Assembly: GCA_963801815.1 (NCBI GenBank)
Contig: CAWDGJ010000002.1
Coordinates: forward strand, 672,001-736,000
DNA length: 64,000 nucleotides
Direction of reading: 5' to 3'
DNA from: an uncultured Verrucomicrobiae bacterium
Lineage (GTDB): Bacteria > Verrucomicrobiota > Verrucomicrobiia > Chthoniobacterales > UBA10450
Every line of letters starts with the position of its first letter. Position 1 is the stretch's first letter. The notes beneath the pieces were generated by a model. It made no database searches. It was not told the origin of the DNA and saw only the letters and a list, made by a program, of their open reading frames with translations. This document shows positions 61,450 through 64,000 of the stretch, piece by piece. The position numbers and the translations under genes were made by a program.

Positions 61450-61654
61450 TTTGGATTTAAGAAGCTGCCCTGCAAGGCCTTCGCCTACGGCAGCGCTAAT
61501 AAGGCCGAAGGCCGCCCGCGCGTTGAACAATCCCGCCTGCGCAGCTTCGCCCAAGTGCCGCAGATTTCTTGCCGAAGTCTGCCGAAAGTTAAACATCCAG
61601 AACGGTCCGGCCTGTCCTTTTCGTTTACGCGTGATTCGTTAAGTTAAGGGTTCA

Positions 61655-62767
61655 ATGACTTCCATCTGGGACCGTGCCAATCCGCAACTGCGTGATCTCG
61701 CCGTCTACGAACCGGGCAAACCGATCGAAGAAACTGCGCGTGAGCTCGGCGTGCAGCCTCACGAAATCATCAAGTTAGCCTCCAACGAAAATCCGCTGGG
61801 GCCTTCTCCAAAGGCGATCGACGCGATTCGGATTGCTGCCGGCTGCGCCCAACTTTATCCGGATGGCGGGGGATTTCTTTTGCGCAATCGGCTCGCGATG
61901 AAACTCGGCTGCGACTCCGAAAACATCATCCTGGGGAACGGTTCGAACGAAATCATTGAATTCATCGGCCACGCTTTCCTGCAACTCGGTTACGATGCCA
62001 TGGCGTTCGAGCACGCCTTCGTAGCATACAAGCTCGTCGCCACCTTATTCGGGGCACGGGCCATTGAGATCCCCACCTCGGAGTTTCAGCCGGATTTAGA
62101 CGCGTTGCTGGCGGCGATCACACCCAAAACGAAAGTAATTTTCATCGCGAACCCAAACAATCCAACCGGAGTATTGATTCCGCCGGGCAAGGTCACAGAC
62201 TTTCTCGCGCGCGTACCTGAAAACATCGTAACCGTGCTCGACGAAGCATATTTTGAATTCCTCGACAATCCTCACGATACGCTGGGTCACATTCGAAACC
62301 GAAATGTGATAATACTTCGCACGTTCTCGAAAATTCATGGCCTGGCCAGCTTGCGCGTGGGATACGGAATCGCCCGCCGGGAAATTATCGAGGTTCTGCA
62401 AAAAACGAGGCAACCATTCAACGTGAACGGAATTGCCCAAGTCGCCGCATTGGCGGCGCTCGAAGATATCAATCACATTGCCGAAACGAAGCGTGTTGTC
62501 GATGCCGGTCGCGCTTTTTTGGAGAAGGAATTTGACGCGATGAAACTAAAATTTGTTCCGAGCGCCGGCAATTTTGTGTTCGTTCACGTGGGTGATGGGC
62601 CGGCGGTCTTTCAGAAGATGCTGGCCCGCAAAATCATCGTCCGTCCTCTCGTCGGATACGGATTGCCCGAATGGCTCCGGATAAGTGTCGGAACTATGGA
62701 ACAAAACAAACAATGCATCGCCGCGCTAAAGAAAGTGTACTCACATAGAATCGACGTTCGGCGCTGA
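61655..62767 (+). CDS. hisC: Histidinol-phosphate aminotransferase
   Basis: KLASNENPLG, GNGSNEII, NPNNPTG, DEAY and RTFSKIHGLASLRVGY. Confidence 0.95.
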   Translation: MTSIWDRANPQLRDLAVYEPGKPIEETARELGVQPHEIIKLASNENPLGPSPKAIDAIRIAAGCAQLYPDGGGFLLRNRLAMKLGCDSENIILGNGSNEIIEFIGHAFLQLGYDAMAFEHAFVAYKLVATLFGARAIEIPTSEFQPDLDALLAAITPKTKVIFIANPNNPTGVLIPPGKVTDFLARVPENIVTVLDEAYFEFLDNPHDTLGHIRNRNVIILRTFSKIHGLASLRVGYGIARREIIEVLQKTRQPFNVNGIAQVAALAALEDINHIAETKRVVDAGRAFLEKEFDAMKLKFVPSAGNFVFVHVGDGPAVFQKMLARKIIVRPLVGYGLPEWLRISVGTMEQNKQCIAALKKVYSHRIDVRR

Positions 62768-64000
62768 TACCATCGCGGCGATATCTACTCCAGTCGGAGA
62801 AGGGGCCATCGCTCTCGTGCGAATGTCCGGTCGGAAAGCGATTGCGATAGCGGACAAGATTTTTCGGGGGAAAGAAAAAGCATCATGCTTCGGCTCGCAC
62901 ATTCAACATCTGGGCGAGATCATTAACGATTCCGGAGATTTAATCGACGAGGCACTGATGTCGGTCCATCGCGCGCCCGCAAGTTACACCGGCGAAGATT
63001 TGGTCGAGATCAGTTGTCACGGCGGAACCTTGGTGACTGCTAAAGTTCTGGAAGCTTGTTTGCGCGCAGGTGCGCGCTCCGCCCGACCAGGCGAATTCAC
63101 CGAGCGCGCATTCCTAAATGGCAAAATGGATCTCACCCAGGCCGAGGCGGTCATGGACTTGATTCGCGCGCGGACCGATCTGGCACTGCGTTCCGCAACT
63201 GAACAGCTCGAAGGGAAGCTCGGAGAAAAAATCAGATCGATTCGAAATGCGCTCGTTGACCTTCTCGCCCATGTCGAAGCCTCGATCGATTTTCCGGAGG
63301 AAGGAATCGAGCCGGACGAGGGCGAACAATTGCGCGGCCGCTTGAATTCCATTCGAGAAAGGATTTCAGCCCTGCTTGCCACCGCGGACCAGGGCCGCAT
63401 TTTGCGCGAAGGCGTTCGGACCGTGATTTACGGTGCGACCAACGCCGGCAAGTCGAGTTTGCTAAACCGTTTGCTTGGCTACGAACGAGTGATCGTCAGC
63501 GACACTCACGGAACAACTCGTGACACGATCGAAGAAACCGTGAATCTCCGCGGCGTTCCGGTTCGCCTCCTCGACACCGCTGGTTTGCGAACATCGACAT
63601 CGGACATCGAACGGGAAGGAATTGCGCGCACGGAGCGCTCGTTGATGCACGCGGACCTGCGTCTTCACATCTTCGATCGAAACGCGCCGCGTCCCGCGCA
63701 TTTCGAACAAGACGCGATCGATCGGAATGAAATTATCGTCCTAAACAAGAGCGACTTGCCTGAGCACAATGATTGGAAGAATTCCAGCGGGCTTCGGATT
63801 TCCTGTGTTACGGGAAAGGGAGTGAAAGACCTCGAGGACGAGATCATAGCCCGTCTCGGCAAACAGAATCTGCGGCCGGAAAACGCAGTCGCCATCAACC
63901 TGCGCCACCACGATTGTTTGCGCCGCGCGCTTGAGGCATGTGACCGTGCGCGACGCGGAATGGACGAGGCATTTTCCGCAGAATGTTTCGCCGTTGATCT
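62766..64000 (+). CDS. mnmE: tRNA modification GTPase MnmE (start codon unclear; 3' truncated by window edge)
   Basis: Open frame DTIAAISTPVGEGAIALVRMSG, SYTGED, CHGG, GEFTERAFLNGKMDL, GATNAGKSS, GTTRD, DTAG and NKSD. Confidence 0.93.

Overview
A 64-kb, GC-rich bacterial chromosome segment. Gene content (PEP-CTERM/exosortase, many TPR and prepilin genes, class II RNR) suggests Verrucomicrobiota, Chthoniobacterales-like; this is an inference. Left to right: a phosphate/polyphosphate supercluster (CYTH, CHAD, sixA, ROK-family glucokinase, ppk1, phoU, pstBACS, phoR, phoB and a tiny stand-alone H-box protein); uvrA, a secreted TPR protein and panE; a type IV pilin flanked by four GT-C-type membrane glycosyltransferases and a GT2-methyltransferase fusion (candidate pilin glycosylation cassette); acyl-CoA dehydrogenase and nrdJ; tRNA-Ser(CGA) with a duplicated 3' end bounding a 164-bp element; housekeeping genes (MBL hydrolase, GNAT, fumC, tRNA-Val, gmhA, D-aminoacylase, hsp20-lon, macrodomain, pdxH, ada-like); an exosortase / CxxC-less thioredoxin / TPR / PEP-CTERM-variant / minor-pilin cluster; hisC and a truncated mnmE. 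At least nine genes carry indel frameshifts, most simply explained as long-read consensus errors. No CRISPR array, rRNA, transposase or integrase was seen. All family assignments come from motif recognition by eye, not from database searches.
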